NCBI GenBank assembly: GCA_030390025.1
Contig: CM059438.1
Coordinates: forward strand, 58,716,001 to 58,780,000
Length of the DNA stretch: 64,000 nucleotides
Direction of reading: 5' to 3'
From: Squalus acanthias
Taxonomy: Eukaryota
Notes under the pieces: generated by a model
Told to the model about the DNA's origin: nothing
The model's database searches: none
Seen by the model: only the letters and a program-made list of their open reading frames with translations
Translations under genes and position numbers: made by a program
Part shown: positions 47,200 to 60,333 of the stretch, in pieces
Layout of the letters: each line of letters opens with the position of its first letter
Numbering within the stretch: position 1 is the stretch's first letter

Positions 47200-47720
47200 G
47201 GTGGAAAGGACATAAAAAGATAGGGTTTTACACATTGGGGCATTGAATGGAAAAGTAAGGGAGTGATGCTGAATTTGGATATGACAGTGGCGAGGCTCAA
47301 TGTGAATAGTTCTGGATGCTCCATTATAGGACGGGTATTGAACCCTGGCAAGGGCAGAGGGAAGATTCACGAGAATGCGACCAGGAGTGAGAGGCTGTAG
47401 CTCAGATAGAACAGATCGAGTTATGGGGAGAGCTGAGAGAGGCTTTCAAAATTATTACAACATTTGAAGGCATAAATAATGAAAGATTGTTCCCGTCAGG
47501 ATTAAGGTCGTAGACTCATGACTATCACTAGGTGAATGAAGGGGGCAGTTCGGAGAATTGTTTTTTCACTCAGAGTTATTGTAACATGCAAAGCTTTACC
47601 ACATGTGACTATTGAGATAGAGACTATAACATCATTAAAAATAGAAGTAACTAAAAGGAAGAATATAAATATAAAATGGGAGGACTAGATAGTCGCGGGT
47701 TTTGTTGCAGCCAGAGGCAC
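47200..47720 (+). mobile_element. Highly decayed CR1 3' fragment
   Basis: GTTCTGGATGCTCCATTATAGGA..GGAAGATTCACGAGAATG..TTTTCACTCAGAG resemble the CR1 ORF2 end. Confidence 0.55.
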
Positions 47721-48297
47721 AGTTCCAGTCGAGAGAGTTTGCAATGTAACCAGAGGAAACTTGGGGAGTACCTGGATACGCCAGGACCCAGGGTGGGCAG
47801 AACCACTGTTCACCCCAAACCCCGCATGTGGTCCAGGGCGCTAGAGAGAGTGGGTGAGGCTGGGGCATTCGATTCTGGCCTTCCTACCGCCCAGCAATCT
47901 GTACACCAGGATGGACCCAGCAAACAGGTCAACTAAGGGGTGGAAGTGGGGCCCACATGGGCCTCTGGCCCAGGATCAAGGCCTGAAATACCCTGGTTGC
48001 CACTCATTGGATTGACACTCTTAGCAATGGATGGGCCCGCACTTCTAGTCCCCTCAGGCAACTATCTGGCACTGCCCCAATAATAGTGACAGCCAATGGC
48101 ATTGATATCCCCAATAATAGTGACACCAATAATAGTGACACCCACTGGGGGTTTCACTATCACTGTCAGCGGGCTGGTATAACTGGGGTTGTCACTTTTA
48201 TTGGTGGTGTCACTGTGACTGTGTGTAGACGCACAGCCCCTCTCACAGAGTGTTGACTAACTGAGATCAGCCTTATTCCTGCCATTTCTGTTGGTAC

Positions 48298-48600
48298 CTG
48301 TCTCTTATTTTCTCGCTTCTCTGGTTTTCTCTCCAGCTCCATCAGAGCTTTCTTGTGCCACAGCTCCATGCAGTGTATGTGAGCTTTTTGCTGTGAATGT
48401 AGAGAGTTCAAGCTCTGTACCAGGCTGTGCTTAACCTGCACTTCCTCCGAAGTTGGTGTGACAGTAAGCCACGGAGCCTGCATCATGATCTGAGAGAGAT
48501 GGGGACAAATGAGTTTCAGAAGGGACGCATTCATCGCCAGTGGAAGTAGCGACAGAAATGAATCCTGATACATCCTGGTTGTAAATTGCTGACAGTGCTA
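48298..48600 (-). CDS. Candidate internal exon of the unidentified host gene; 5' boundary uncertain
   Basis: Open frame ...EEVQVKHSLVQSLNSLHSQQKAHIHCMELWHKKALMELERKPEKRENKRQ ending at phase-0 donor CAG|GTACC; acceptors weak. Confidence 0.35.
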
Positions 48601-49079
48601 TTGAGTGTGTCTGCTGTGCATCTGTGGTTTAATATCAGAGTGAGAGGATTGGTATCAGCCCGATTATCATGGGGTGATGCAGCTGGAAGTCACCCAATGC
48701 CTTGCTACCCCTTAATCAAACCACGAGAGGCCCTGAAACCAGGGTGACTGAGGATAACTGTTTGAAGCTATAATATCCTCCCAGTTATATCACTGCTAAG
48801 TATTTGCAAGTCTTGTATTGCGGTTAGTTTAATGACCAATGCTTTGTGTGTTCACAGGGCTACATCACAGTCTTGCCCTGAGTTTTGATAGCAATCGGCA
48901 GAAGCCAGACTCAAAGGGAAGAGGTCAGCAGCAGTGAGAACAGGAACCATATATTGTGGACACTGGCTCTATTCTGCAGACAAATTGAGACAGAGGAGGA
49001 AGAATTTGCTGGGTGTAGAGGTAACATAGTGAAAAGGAGGAGGGAGGGTGGGATGGGTATTCTGTAATATGTAGTAGGA

Positions 49080-51648
49080 CAGTGGATCCTGTCGGTGTTG
49101 TAATGGGAGAGTGGTTCTTTTCTTTGTTGTAATGGGAGAGTGGATCCTGTCTGTGTTGTAATGGAGAGTGGATCCTGTCTGTGTTGTAATGGGACAGTGG
49201 ATCCTTTCTGTGTTGTAATGGGAGAGTGGATCCTGTCTGTGTTGTAATGGGACAGTGGATCCTTTCTGTGTTGTAATGGGAGAGTGGATCATGTCTGTGT
49301 TGTAATGGGAGAGTGGATCCTGTTTGTATTGTAATGGGAGAGTGGAATCCTGTTTGTATTGTAATGGGAGAGTGGATCCTGTCTGTGTTGTAATGGGACA
49401 GTGGATCCTTTCTGTGTTGTAATGGGAGAGTGGATCATGTCTGTGTTGTAATGGGAGAGCGGATCCTGTTTGTATTGTAATGGGAGAGTGGAATCCTGTT
49501 TGTATTGTAATGGGAGAGTGGATCCTGCCTGTGTTGTAATGGGAGAGTGGATCCTGCCTGTGTTGTAATGGGAGAGTGGATCCTGTCTGTGTTGTAATGG
49601 GAGAGTGGATTCTGTCTGTGTTGTAATGGGAGAGTGGATTCTGTCTGTGTTGTAATGGGAGAGTGGATCCTGCCTGTGTTGTAATGGGAGACTGGATTCT
49701 GTCTTAGCTGTAATGGGAGAGTGGATCCTGTCTGTGTTGTAATGGAAGAGTGGATCCTGTCTTAGTTGTAATGGGAGAGTGGATCCTGTTTGTATTGTAA
49801 TGGGAGAGTAGATCCTGCCTGTGTTGTAATGGGAGAGTGGATCCTGCCTGTGTTGTAATGGGAAAGTGGACCCTGCCTGTGTTGTAATGGAGGGTGGATT
49901 CTGTCTGTGTTGTAATGGGAGAGTGGATCCTGTCTGTGTTGTAATGGGAGAGTGGATCCTGTCTGTGTTGTAATGGAGAGTGGATCCTGTCTGTGTTGTA
50001 ATGGGACAGTGGATCCTGTCTGTGTTGTAATGGAGAGTGGATCCTGTCTGTGTTGTAATGGGAGAGTGGATCCTGTCTGTGTTGTAATGGGAGAGTGGAT
50101 CCTGTCTGTGTTGTAATGGAGAGTGGATCCTGTCTGTGTTGTAATGGGAGAGTGGATCCTGTCTGTGTTGTAATGGAGAGTGGATCCTGTCTGTGTTGTA
50201 ATGGGAGAGTGGATCCTGTCTGTGTTGTAATGGGAGAGTGGATCCTGTCTGTGTTGTAATGGAGAGTGGATCCTGTCTGTGTTGTAATGGGAGAGTGGAT
50301 ACTTCCTGCGTTGTAATGGGAGACTGGATTCTGTCTTAGTTGTAATGGGTGAGTGGATCCTGTTTGTGTTGTAATGGGAGAGTGGATTCTGTCTGTGTTG
50401 TAATGGGAGAGTGGATCCTGCCTGTGTTGTAATGGGAGACTGGATTCTGTCTTAGCTGTAATGGGAGAGTGGATCCTGTCTGTGTTGTAATGGAAGAGTG
50501 GATCCTGTCTTAGTTGTAATGGGAGAGTGGATCCTGTTTGTATTGTAATGGGAGAGTAGATCCTGACTGTGTTGTAATGGGAGAGTGGATCCTGCCTGTG
50601 TTGTAATGGGAAAGTGGACCCTGCCTGTGTTGTAATGGAGAGTGGATTCTGTCTGTGTTGTAATGGGAGAGTGGATCCTGTCTGTGTTGTAATGGGAGAG
50701 TGGATCCTGTCTGTGTTGTAATGGAGAGTGGATCCTGTCTGTGTTGTAATGGGACAGTGGATCCTGTCTGTGTTGTAATGGAGAGTGGATCCTGTCTGTG
50801 TTGTAATGGGAGAGTGGATCCTGTCTGTGTTGTAATGGGAGAGTGGATCCTGTCTGTGTTGTAATGGAGAGTGGATCCTGTCTGTGTTGTAATGGGAGAG
50901 TGGATCCTGTCTGTGTTGTAATGGGAGAGTGGATCCTGTCTGTGTTGTAATGGAGAGTGGATCCTGTCTGTGTTGTAATGGGAGAGTGGATACTTCCTGC
51001 GTTGTAATGGGAGACTGGATTCTGTCTTAGTTGTAATGGGTGAGTGGATCCTGTTTGTGTTGTAATGGGAGAGTGGATCCTGTTTGTGTTGTAATGGGAG
51101 AGTGGATCCTGTTTGTGTTGTAATGGGAGAGTGGATCCTGTCTGTGTTGTAATGGATGAGTGGATCCTGTCTGTGTTGTAATGGGTGAGTGGATCCTTTT
51201 TGTGTTGTAATGGGAGAGTGGATCCTGTCTGTGTTGTAATGGGAGAGTGGATCCTGGATGTGTTGTAATGGGAGAGTGGATCCTGATTGTGTTGTAATGG
51301 GAGAGTGGATCCTGTCTGTGGTGTAATGGGAAAGTGGATCCTGTCTTAGTTGTAATGGATGAGTGGATCCTGTCTGTGTTGTAATGGGTGAGTGGATCCT
51401 TTTTGTGTTGTAATGGGAGAGTGGATCCTGCCTGTGTTGTAATGGGAGAGTGGATCCTGTCTGTGTTGTAATGGGTGAGTGGATCCTTTTTGTGTTGTAA
51501 TGGGAGAGTGGATCCTGCCTGTGTTGTAATGGGAGAGTGGATCCTGTCTGTGTTGTAATGGGAGAGTGGATCCTGTCTGTGTTGTAATGTGAGAGCGGAT
51601 CCTGCCTGTGTTGTAATGGGAGAGTGGATCCTGTCTGTGTTGTAATGG
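49080..51648. repeat. Satellite 2: 29-30-bp unit GAGAGTGGATCCTGTCTGTGTTGTAATGG(G)
   Basis: Roughly 85 copies, most containing GGATCC. Confidence 0.97.
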
Positions 51649-54600
51649 CCCTCCACACCTATCTCTGAACCTGGACATCAGTTCATAATTGCTCCAATTT
51701 GACTCCACTCTACCTACACCAACATTATCCTACCACAGGACCTCTGACTTTAACTCTGGACTCCTTCCTATTGTCTCCTCTCTATTCCCTGTTGATTACC
51801 AGAACATATCTCTCCTAATCTTGCTATGTGGCCTATCTAACTTGAGTTTCCTTGCGTCCATTTATGTGCGCATTTTGGCTGCCGCTCCGGAACCCATTGT
51901 TTCTTCTTTTCTCTTTACCCCTCCTAGACACCTCTTTCCTGTCATTATGCCTCCTTTCATTTCTCCCCTCATGTAATCTGCTCTCTCAAATCCCTACCCA
52001 ACCCTTCAGCATTCCTCGACCTTCCTACTCTCCTGCCACCGTCCCAGGCTTGACCCCTCTTAGATAAGCCTACAGCTTCCCTCTGTGCCTCTCTTGGCAT
52101 CCTCCAAAGGGCCCATTGAGGCACTTGTCGCTGCCTCCTTACGAGCAGCAACCCCAACTGCCCCACCCTACTCTTCACTGACCTTCCCGCCCAGTGCAAC
52201 TGTTGGGGACTAATCTTTCCTACCTCCTTCCCATCCCACATACCGCTCCCAATGCTAAATCATTGGGCTCTGCCAGCGGATCAGCTATCAACGTCCCTCA
52301 CCGCATCTCCCTCCAGAATGTCCATTCACTTGTGAACAAGGCCCTTGCCATCCATGAGCTTATTGTGGATGATTGTATCGACATCATGGCCTTGATGGAA
52401 ACCTGGCTGAGGGGTGATAACACCTTCACCCTAAATGAAGCCTGGCTATACCTTCCACCACTTGCCCCACCCAAACTGCCGCGGTGGCAGTCTGGCTCTT
52501 ATCACACCTTGGTCTGTCCCCCCATCTCCTCCAGCACCTTCTCTTCCTTTGAGTATCTCACCTTTTTCCGCCCCTCTCGCCTCTCATTTTAAATACTCGT
52601 TCTCTACCACCCAACCAAGTACCACGCCAAATTTCTCACCAAGGTATCTTCACTGCTTCCCTCCCTCAGCCTCTGCACCGAGCGACTTCACATCCTCGAT
52701 GATTTCAAACTCCATCTCAACTCTTCATGCTCTCTCTCCTCCAAATTAAATGCTCTCCTATCTTCCCTTAATCTCTCCCTCCATATAAACTCCCCTACCC
52801 ATATTCACAGTCACCCCCTTGACCTTGCCATCTCATGTGGCCTCGCTACTCCCATCGTGTCAATCACAGATGAAGCCGTCTCTGATCACTTCCTTGTATC
52901 GCTCTCCACCCACATTCCTCTTCCCCCCCTCCCAACACTATTTTCTTCTGTGTCCGACCCTGGAAAAAACTCTCGCCCAAGTCATTTACAACTGTACTTT
53001 CAAATTCCCAACTGTCCAGCCTTTGGCCCTCCATTCACCATGACATTTCTGCAGCCACTGATCTGCTCAACCACACCCTCACCTCCACTTTTGATGCCCT
53101 AGACCCCATTAAAATCATTACTCACACTCACCCTGGTCATTTCCCGGGTACAGCCCTAATCTCCACTCCCTTAAGTCCAATGGACGCAGACATGAAGGTT
53201 TATGGCAGACAATTCGTCGCCATATCTGGCTGGACCACATAAAGGTCCTGCTCCCCTCGGCCAAAACTGCTCTCTACTCCAGGATCATCTTGGAATGCAA
53301 AGATAACCCCCGGCTTCTCTTCTCCACTACAAACCATTTTCTTAAACCCCTCTCCCCTGCCTCCTCCACCCTCACCTCCAACAACAAGTGCGAGGAGCTC
53401 ATGGGCTTCTTTGTCACTAAGACTGAGACCATCCGATCAGCTGCCTCTGCCGCTTCCCTCCCTTCCCCGAGCCCACCAGGCCAAACTTCCCTTAATGTTC
53501 CCCCTGCCCTAGCCCTGAACTCGCATCTTTCTCTAGTTTCTCTCCAATCTCCCCAATGCCCTCTCCGAGCTCATCTTATCCATGAGACCCAACTCCTGCC
53601 CCCTCGACCCTATTCCCACCAAACTGCTGACCACCCAACTCCCTTCCTGGCTCCCATGTTAGCTGATATTGTTAACGGTTCTCTCTCCTCAGGTACTGTT
53701 CCCCTCTCCCCTCAAATCTGCCGTCATCACCCCTCCTCAAAAAACTCATCCTTGGCCCCTTTGTCCTTGCACACTACCGCCCCATCTCCAACCACCTTTC
53801 CTCTCCAAAGTCCTTGAATGTGTTGTCGCCTCGCAAATCCGTGCCCATCTTTCCCAGAACTTCATGTTTGAATCCCTCCAATCAGGCTTCCACCCCGCCA
53901 CAGTACTGAAATGGCCCTTATCGAAGTCTCAAATGACATCCTATGTGACTATGACCATGGTAAACTATCCTTTCTCATCCTTCTTGACCTGCCTGCAGCC
54001 TTTGACACGGTTGACCACATGATCCTCCTCCAACGCCTCTCCTCCATCGTCCAGCTGGGTGCGACTGCCCTCGCCTGGTCCCATTCTTATCTATCCAGTC
54101 GTAGCCAGAGAATCATCTGCAATGGCTTCTCTTCCCGCTTCCGCATCGTTACCTCTGGAGTCCCCCAAGGGTCTATCCTTGGCTCCTTCCTATTTCTGTC
54201 CTTTGGCAGAAGCATCCGGAAAGACAACGTTTGGTTTACATGTACGCTGACGACACCCAGCTCTACCTCACCACCACCTCTCTCGACCCCTCCACTATCT
54301 CTGATTTGTCACATAGCTTATCCGACATCAAGTACTGGACTAGCAGAAATTTCCTCCAACTAAATATTTGGTCCCCGCCACAAACTCCATTCCCTAGCCA
54401 CTGACTCCATCCCTTTCTCTGGCAACTGTATGAGGCGGAACCAGATCATTCGCAACCTTGGTGTCGTATTTGACCTCGAGATGAGCTTCTGACCACATAT
54501 CCGCGCCGTCACCAAGACCGCCTATTTCCACTCCCAGAACATCGCCCGACTCCGCCCCTGCCTCAGCTCATCTGCTGCTGAAACCCTCATCCGTGCCTTT

Positions 54601-55136
54601 GTTACCTCTAAACTTGACTATTCCAGCGCACACCTGGTCGGCCGCCCATCTTCCACCTGCCATAAACTTGAGCTCATCCAAAACTCGACTGCCCGTGTCC
54701 TGATTCGCACCAAGTCCCGTTCACCCATCTCCCCTCTGCTCACTGACCTACATTGGCTCCCGGTCCGGCAATGCCTCAATTTAAAAGTTCTCATCCTTGT
54801 TTTCAAATCCCTCCAAGGCCTTGCCCCTCCCTACCGCTGTAACGTCCTCCAGCCTTGGCTTCTTGAGCATCCCTTATTTAAATCGCACAACCACTGGCGG
54901 CTGTGCTTACAGCTGCCTTGGCCCTAAGCTCTGAAATTCCCTCCCTAAACCTCTGCCTCTTTCCTCCTTTAAGATGCTCTTTAAAACCTACGTCTTTGAC
55001 CAAGCTATTGGGTATCTGTCCTACTATCTCCTTATGTGGCTCGGTGTCAAATTTTGTTTGAAAACGCTCCTGTGAAGCACCTTGGGACGTTTTGCTATGT
55101 TAAAGGCTCTATATCAATATAAGTTGTTGCTGTTGT
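51649..55136 (+). mobile_element. L2 LINE, long decayed copy (APE endonuclease and RT) inserted in satellite 2
   Basis: LQNVHSLVNK..METWL, LLDLPAAFDTVDH, SGVPQGSILG, YADDTQLY (TACGCTGACGACACCCAGCTCTAC), (TTG)n tail. Confidence 0.9.
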
Positions 55137-55890
55137 TGGGAGAGTGGATCCTGCCTGTGTTGTAATGGGAGAGTGGATCCTGTCCTGTGTTGTAATGGGA
55201 GAGTGGATCCTGTCTGTGTTGTAATGGGAGAGTGGATCCTGTCTGTGTTGTAATGGGACAGTGGATCCTGTCTGTGTTGTAATGGGAGAGTGGATCCTGT
55301 CTGTGAGAGAGTGGATCCTGTCTGTGAGAGAGTGGATCCTGTCTGTGAGAGAGTGGATCCTGTCTGTGAGAGAGTGGATCCTATCTGTGAGAGAGTGGAT
55401 CCAGCCTGAGAGAGTGGATCCTGTCTGTGAGAGAGTGGATCCTGTCTGAGTTGTAATGGGAGAGTGGATCCTGCCTGTGAGAGAGTGGATCCTGCCTGTG
55501 AGAGAGTGGATCCTGCCTGTGAGAGAGTGGATCCTGCCTGTGAGAGAGTGGATCCTGCCTGTGTTGTAATGGGAGAGTGGATCCTGCCTGTGTTGTAATG
55601 GGAGAGTGGATCCTGCCTGTGCTGTAATGGGAGAGTGGATCCTGCCTGTGCTGTAATGGGAGAGTGGATCCTGCCTGTTTTGTAATGGGAGAGTGGATCC
55701 TGTCTATGAGAGAGTGGATCCTGTCTGTGTTGTAATGGGCGAGTCAATCCTATCTGTGAGGGTGGATCCTGTCTGTGTTGTAATGAGAGAGTGGATCCTG
55801 TCTGTGAGAGGGAGGATCCTGTCTGTGTGAGAGTGGATCCTGTCTGTGAGAGGGAGGATCCTGTCTGTGAGAGAGTGGATCCTGTCTGAG
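55137..55890. repeat. Satellite 2 continuation with mixed 30-bp and 22-bp units
   Basis: GTGGATCCTGTCTGTGAGAGA short units alternate with full units. Confidence 0.93.
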
Positions 55891-55904
55891 TTGCTATATA
55901 AGGA

Positions 55905-58900
55905 GAGTATTACACAGTTACACAGTATTACAAAGTATTTACAGCACAGGAACTGTCTACTCAGCCCAAGTGGTCTATACTGGTGTTTATGCTCCACTCG
56001 AGCCTCCTCCTTCCTTACTTCATCTCACTCTATCAGCATATCCTTCTATTCCTTTCTCCCTCATGTGTTTCTCTAGCTTACCCTTAAATGCATCTATACT
56101 ATTCGTCTCAACTACTCTCTGTGGTAGCGAGATTCACATTCTCACCACTCTCTGAGTAAAGAAGTTTCTCCTGAATTCCCTATTGGATTTATTAGTGATT
56201 ATTATAGTTATGGCCCCTAGTTTTGGACTCCCCTGCAAATGGAAACATCTACCCTCTCAAACCCCTTCATTATTTTAAAGACCTCTCAGCCTTCTCTTTT
56301 CTGAAGAAACGAGCCCCAGCCTTTTCAGTCTTTCCTAATATTAAAAACCTCTCAGTTCTGGTATCATCCTTATAAATCTGTTTTGCACCTACTCCAGTGC
56401 CTCTATATCTTCTTTGTAATCTGAGTCCAGAACTGTGCACAGTTTTCTAAGTGTGGTCTAACCAGAGCTCCATATAAGTTTAACATAACGTAGCTGTTTT
56501 TGAATTCTATTGCTCTAGAAATGAACCCTAGTGTTTTGTTTGCATTTTGTATGGCTTTGTTAACCTGCGTTGCTACTTTTAGTGATTTGTGAATCTATAC
56601 CCCTAGATCCTTTTGCTCCTCTACCCCATTTAGACTCTTATTTTCTAAGGAATAGGTGGCGTCCTCCTTCATCCTACAAAAATACACTACCTCACACTTA
56701 ACTATATTGAAATTAACTTGCCATTTACACGCCCATTCTGCAAATGTCTTCCTGCATTTTGTCACATTCTTCCTCTGTATTAACTATACCACCCCAATTT
56801 TGGTTTCGAAAAGACAGGCAGAATGGAAAAGGAGGGTGAGTAGCCCTGATAATAAAGGATGACATAAGGACAGTAGCGAGAAAGGATCTCGGCTCGGAAG
56901 ATCAGGAAGTAGAATCAGTATGGGTGGAGATAAGGAATAACAAGGGACAGAAAACACTGGTAGGAGTAGTATATAGGCCCCCTAACAGTAGCTATAGCGT
57001 TGGACAGAATATTAATCAAGAAATAGTAGGAGCTTGCAACAAAGGTAATGCAATAATCTTGGGGGACTTTAATCTTCATATAGACTGGACAAATCAAATT
57101 GGCAAATGTAGTCTGGAGGACAACTTCATGGAATGCATTTGGGACAGTTTCCTAGAACAATATGTCATGGAACCAACCAGGGAACAGGCTATTTTAGATC
57201 TTGTATTGTGTAATGAGACAGGGTTAATTAGCAATCTCATAGTAAAGGATCCTCTGGGGCAGAGTGCTCATAATATGATAGAATTTCACATTAATTTTGA
57301 GAGTGACTTGTCCAAGTCCGAAACGAGAGTCTTAAACTTAAATAAAGCCAATTACATAGGTATGAGGGGCGAGTTGGCTAAGGTAGATTGGAAAAATAGA
57401 TTAAAAGGTATGGCGGTAGATAAGCAGTGGCTAGCATTTAAATAAATATTTCATAATTTTCAACAAAAATACATTCCATTGAGAAACAAAAACTCCACGG
57501 GAAAAGTGATCCAACCATGGCTAACTAAAGAAGTTAAGGATAGCATTAGATTGAAAGAAGAAGCTTATAATGTTGCAAAGAATAATAGTAACCCTGAGGA
57601 TTGGGAGAGTTTCAGAAACCAGCAAAGGTTGACCAAAAAATTGATAAAAAGGGAAAAAATAGAATGAGAGAAAACTAGCAAGTAATATAAAAGCAGATTG
57701 GAAGAGTTTCTACAAGTATGCAAAAAGGCAAAGAGTAGCAAAAGTAAACGCTGGTCCCTTAGAGGCTGAGACAGGAGAAATTATTATGGGGAATAAGGAA
57801 ATGGCAGAAATGTTAAACAAATATTTTGTATCTGTCTTTACAGTAGAAGACACAAAAAGCATACCAAAAATGGTGGGGAACCAAAGGTCTAATGAGGGTG
57901 AGGAACTTAACGTAATTAATATAAGTAGAGAAAAAGTACTAGAGAAACTAATGGGACTAAAAGCCGACAAATCCACTGGACCTGACGGCCTACATCCTAA
58001 GGTTCTAAAAGAGGTGGCTGAAGAGATAGTAGATGCATTGGTTTTGATCTTCCAAAATTCCCTAGATTCTGGAATGGTCCCAGTGGATTGGAAGGTCGCA
58101 AAGGTAACACCACTATTCAAGAAAGGAGGGAGAGAAAAAACATGGAACTACAGGTCAGTTAGCCTGACATCGGTCGTCGGAAAAATGCTGGAATCCATTG
58201 TTAAGGAAGTGGTATCAAGTCACTTAGAAAATCATAACATGATTAGGCAGAGTCAACATAGTTTTATGAAAGGGAAATCGTGTTTGACAAATTTATTAGA
58301 GATTTTGGAGGATGTAACTAGCAGGGTAGATAAAGGGGAACCAGTGGATGTAGTATATTTGGATTTCCAAAAGGCATTCGATAAGGTGCCACATAAAAGG
58401 TTATTACACAAGATTAGGGCTCATGGGGTTGGGGGTAATATAGTAGCATGGATAGAGGATTGGTTAACAGACAGAAAACAGAGAGTAGGGATAAACGCAT
58501 CTTTTCAGGTTGGCAGGCTGTAACTAGTGGTGTGCCGCAAGGATCAGTGTTGGGGCCTCAGCTATTTACAATCTATATTAATGATCTAGATGAAGGGACC
58601 GAGTGTAATGTATCCAAGTTTGCTGATGGTACAAAGGTAGGTGGGACAGTAAGCTGTGAGGAGAACACAAAGAGTCTGCAAAGGGATATAGATAGACTAA
58701 GTGAGTGAGCAGTAAAGTGGCAGATGGAGTATAATATAAGGAAATGTGAGGTTATTCACTTTGGTAGGAAGAATAGAAAAACAGAATATTTTTTAAATGG
58801 TGAGAAACTTTCAACTGTTGGTGTTCAGAGAGATTTGTGTGTCCTCGTGCAAGAAACACAGTAAGCTAGCATGCAGGTACAGCAAGCAATAAGGAAGGCA

Positions 58901-60260
58901 AATGGCATGTTGGCCTTTATTGCAAGGGGGTTGGAGTATAAGAGTAAGGAAGTCTTGTTATAATTGTACAGGGCCTTGGTGAGACCACACCTGGAGTACT
59001 GTGCACAGTTTTGGTCTCCTTATCTAAGGAAGGATATACTTGCCTTGGAGGCGGTGCAACAAAGGTTCACTAGATTGATTCCTGAGATGAGAGGGCTGTC
59101 CTATGATGAGAGATTGTGTAGACTGGGCCTATACTCTCTGGAGTTTAGAAGAATGAGAGGTAATCTCATTGAAACATACAAGATTCTGAGGGGGATTGAC
59201 AGGGTAGATGCTGAGAGGTTGTTTCCCCTGGCTGGAGTGTCTAGAACTAGGGGGCATAGTCTCAGGATAAAGGGTAGGCCCTTTAAGACTGAGATGAGGA
59301 GGAATTTCTTCACTCAGAGGGTTATGAATCTTTGGAATTCACTGCCCCAGAGGGCTGTGAATGCTGAGTCTTTGATTATATTCAAGGCTGAGATATAGAT
59401 TTTTGGACTCATGGGGAATCAAGGGATATGGAGATCGGGCGGGAAAGTGGAGTTGAGGTCGATGATCAGCCATGATCTTATTGAATGGCGGAGCAGGCTC
59501 GAGGGGCCGTATGCCCGACTCCTGCTCTTATTTCTTATGTTCTTAGTGGCCCTATCCCTATCTTAATTTTCCTTTTGTTAATTATGTGTCTGTAGAATAC
59601 TTTACTTATTTCTTTTCATATTCTTCGAAGTTCTTCTTTGGCTTCCTAATTTTGTTTTTACTTCTTTCCCAACCTCTTTGTAGTCTCTTTTGTCATTCAC
59701 TCCTTTATTGTCTACGTACCTAGTGTATATTGTTGTCTTTAGATATAATTTTATTCATCCATGGTGTTTCATTATTGGCTGGTTTGTTCTTGTTTTTTAG
59801 CGGACCATATTTCTCCTGAGCTCTGTTGATCACCTTTTTAAATATTTCCCACTGTTGTTCTATCTCTTTGACAATATTTTTTCCCAGTTTACCCTCGTTG
59901 GTTCCATTCTCATCCCCCTCAAATTTAGCTTTATTCCAATCTATTACTTTGGTCTTTGTTTCACTTATGTCTCTCTCAATAATTATCTTAAATCTTATTA
60001 TGTTGTGATCATTGTTGCCTAGATGCTCCCCTATGCTTACTTCTCTTATCTGCTCTGGTTAACTTCCTATTACTAGATCCAGCAGTGATTCCTCTCTTGT
60101 TGGGCTTCTTACGTACTGTGTAAAAAAGGAGTCCTGTACACACTGTAAAAACTCAATTCCCTTTTCCCCTTTCACTATCTCTTCTTGCCAGTTTATTTAG
60201 GGGTAGTTGAAATCTCTCATAACTATTATTCTATGTCCCATGATTATTATTCTATGTCTA
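55905..60260 (-). mobile_element. Older minus-strand CR1 sequence (55905-56805 and ~59545-60260) flanking a plus-strand CR1
   Basis: 3' end and RT C-terminal sequence on the left, endonuclease-region sequence on the right; possibly one split copy. Confidence 0.65.
56806..59545 (+). mobile_element. CR1 LINE, 5'-truncated within the endonuclease domain
   Basis: VVYRPPNS..GDFN, YLDFQKAFDKVPH, FADGTK, LWNSLPQ; tail TTTCTTATGTTCTTA. Confidence 0.92.
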
Positions 60261-60333
60261 TGGCTCCTGTCTGTGTTCTAATTGGAGAGTGGATCCTGCC
60301 CAGTGTTCATTTCTCCAGTGTGTTGATCTTTAC

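Noticed and set aside
48600..48975. Strong acceptor TTGTCTGCAG near 48975 as the start of the middle host exon
   Set aside because: All three frames stop within about 65 nt, so it cannot join the downstream frame unless the exon is disrupted
50510..51708. Repetitive ORFs in satellite 2
   Set aside because: Mixed 29- and 30-bp units shift frame; no unique flanking coding sequence or splice evidence
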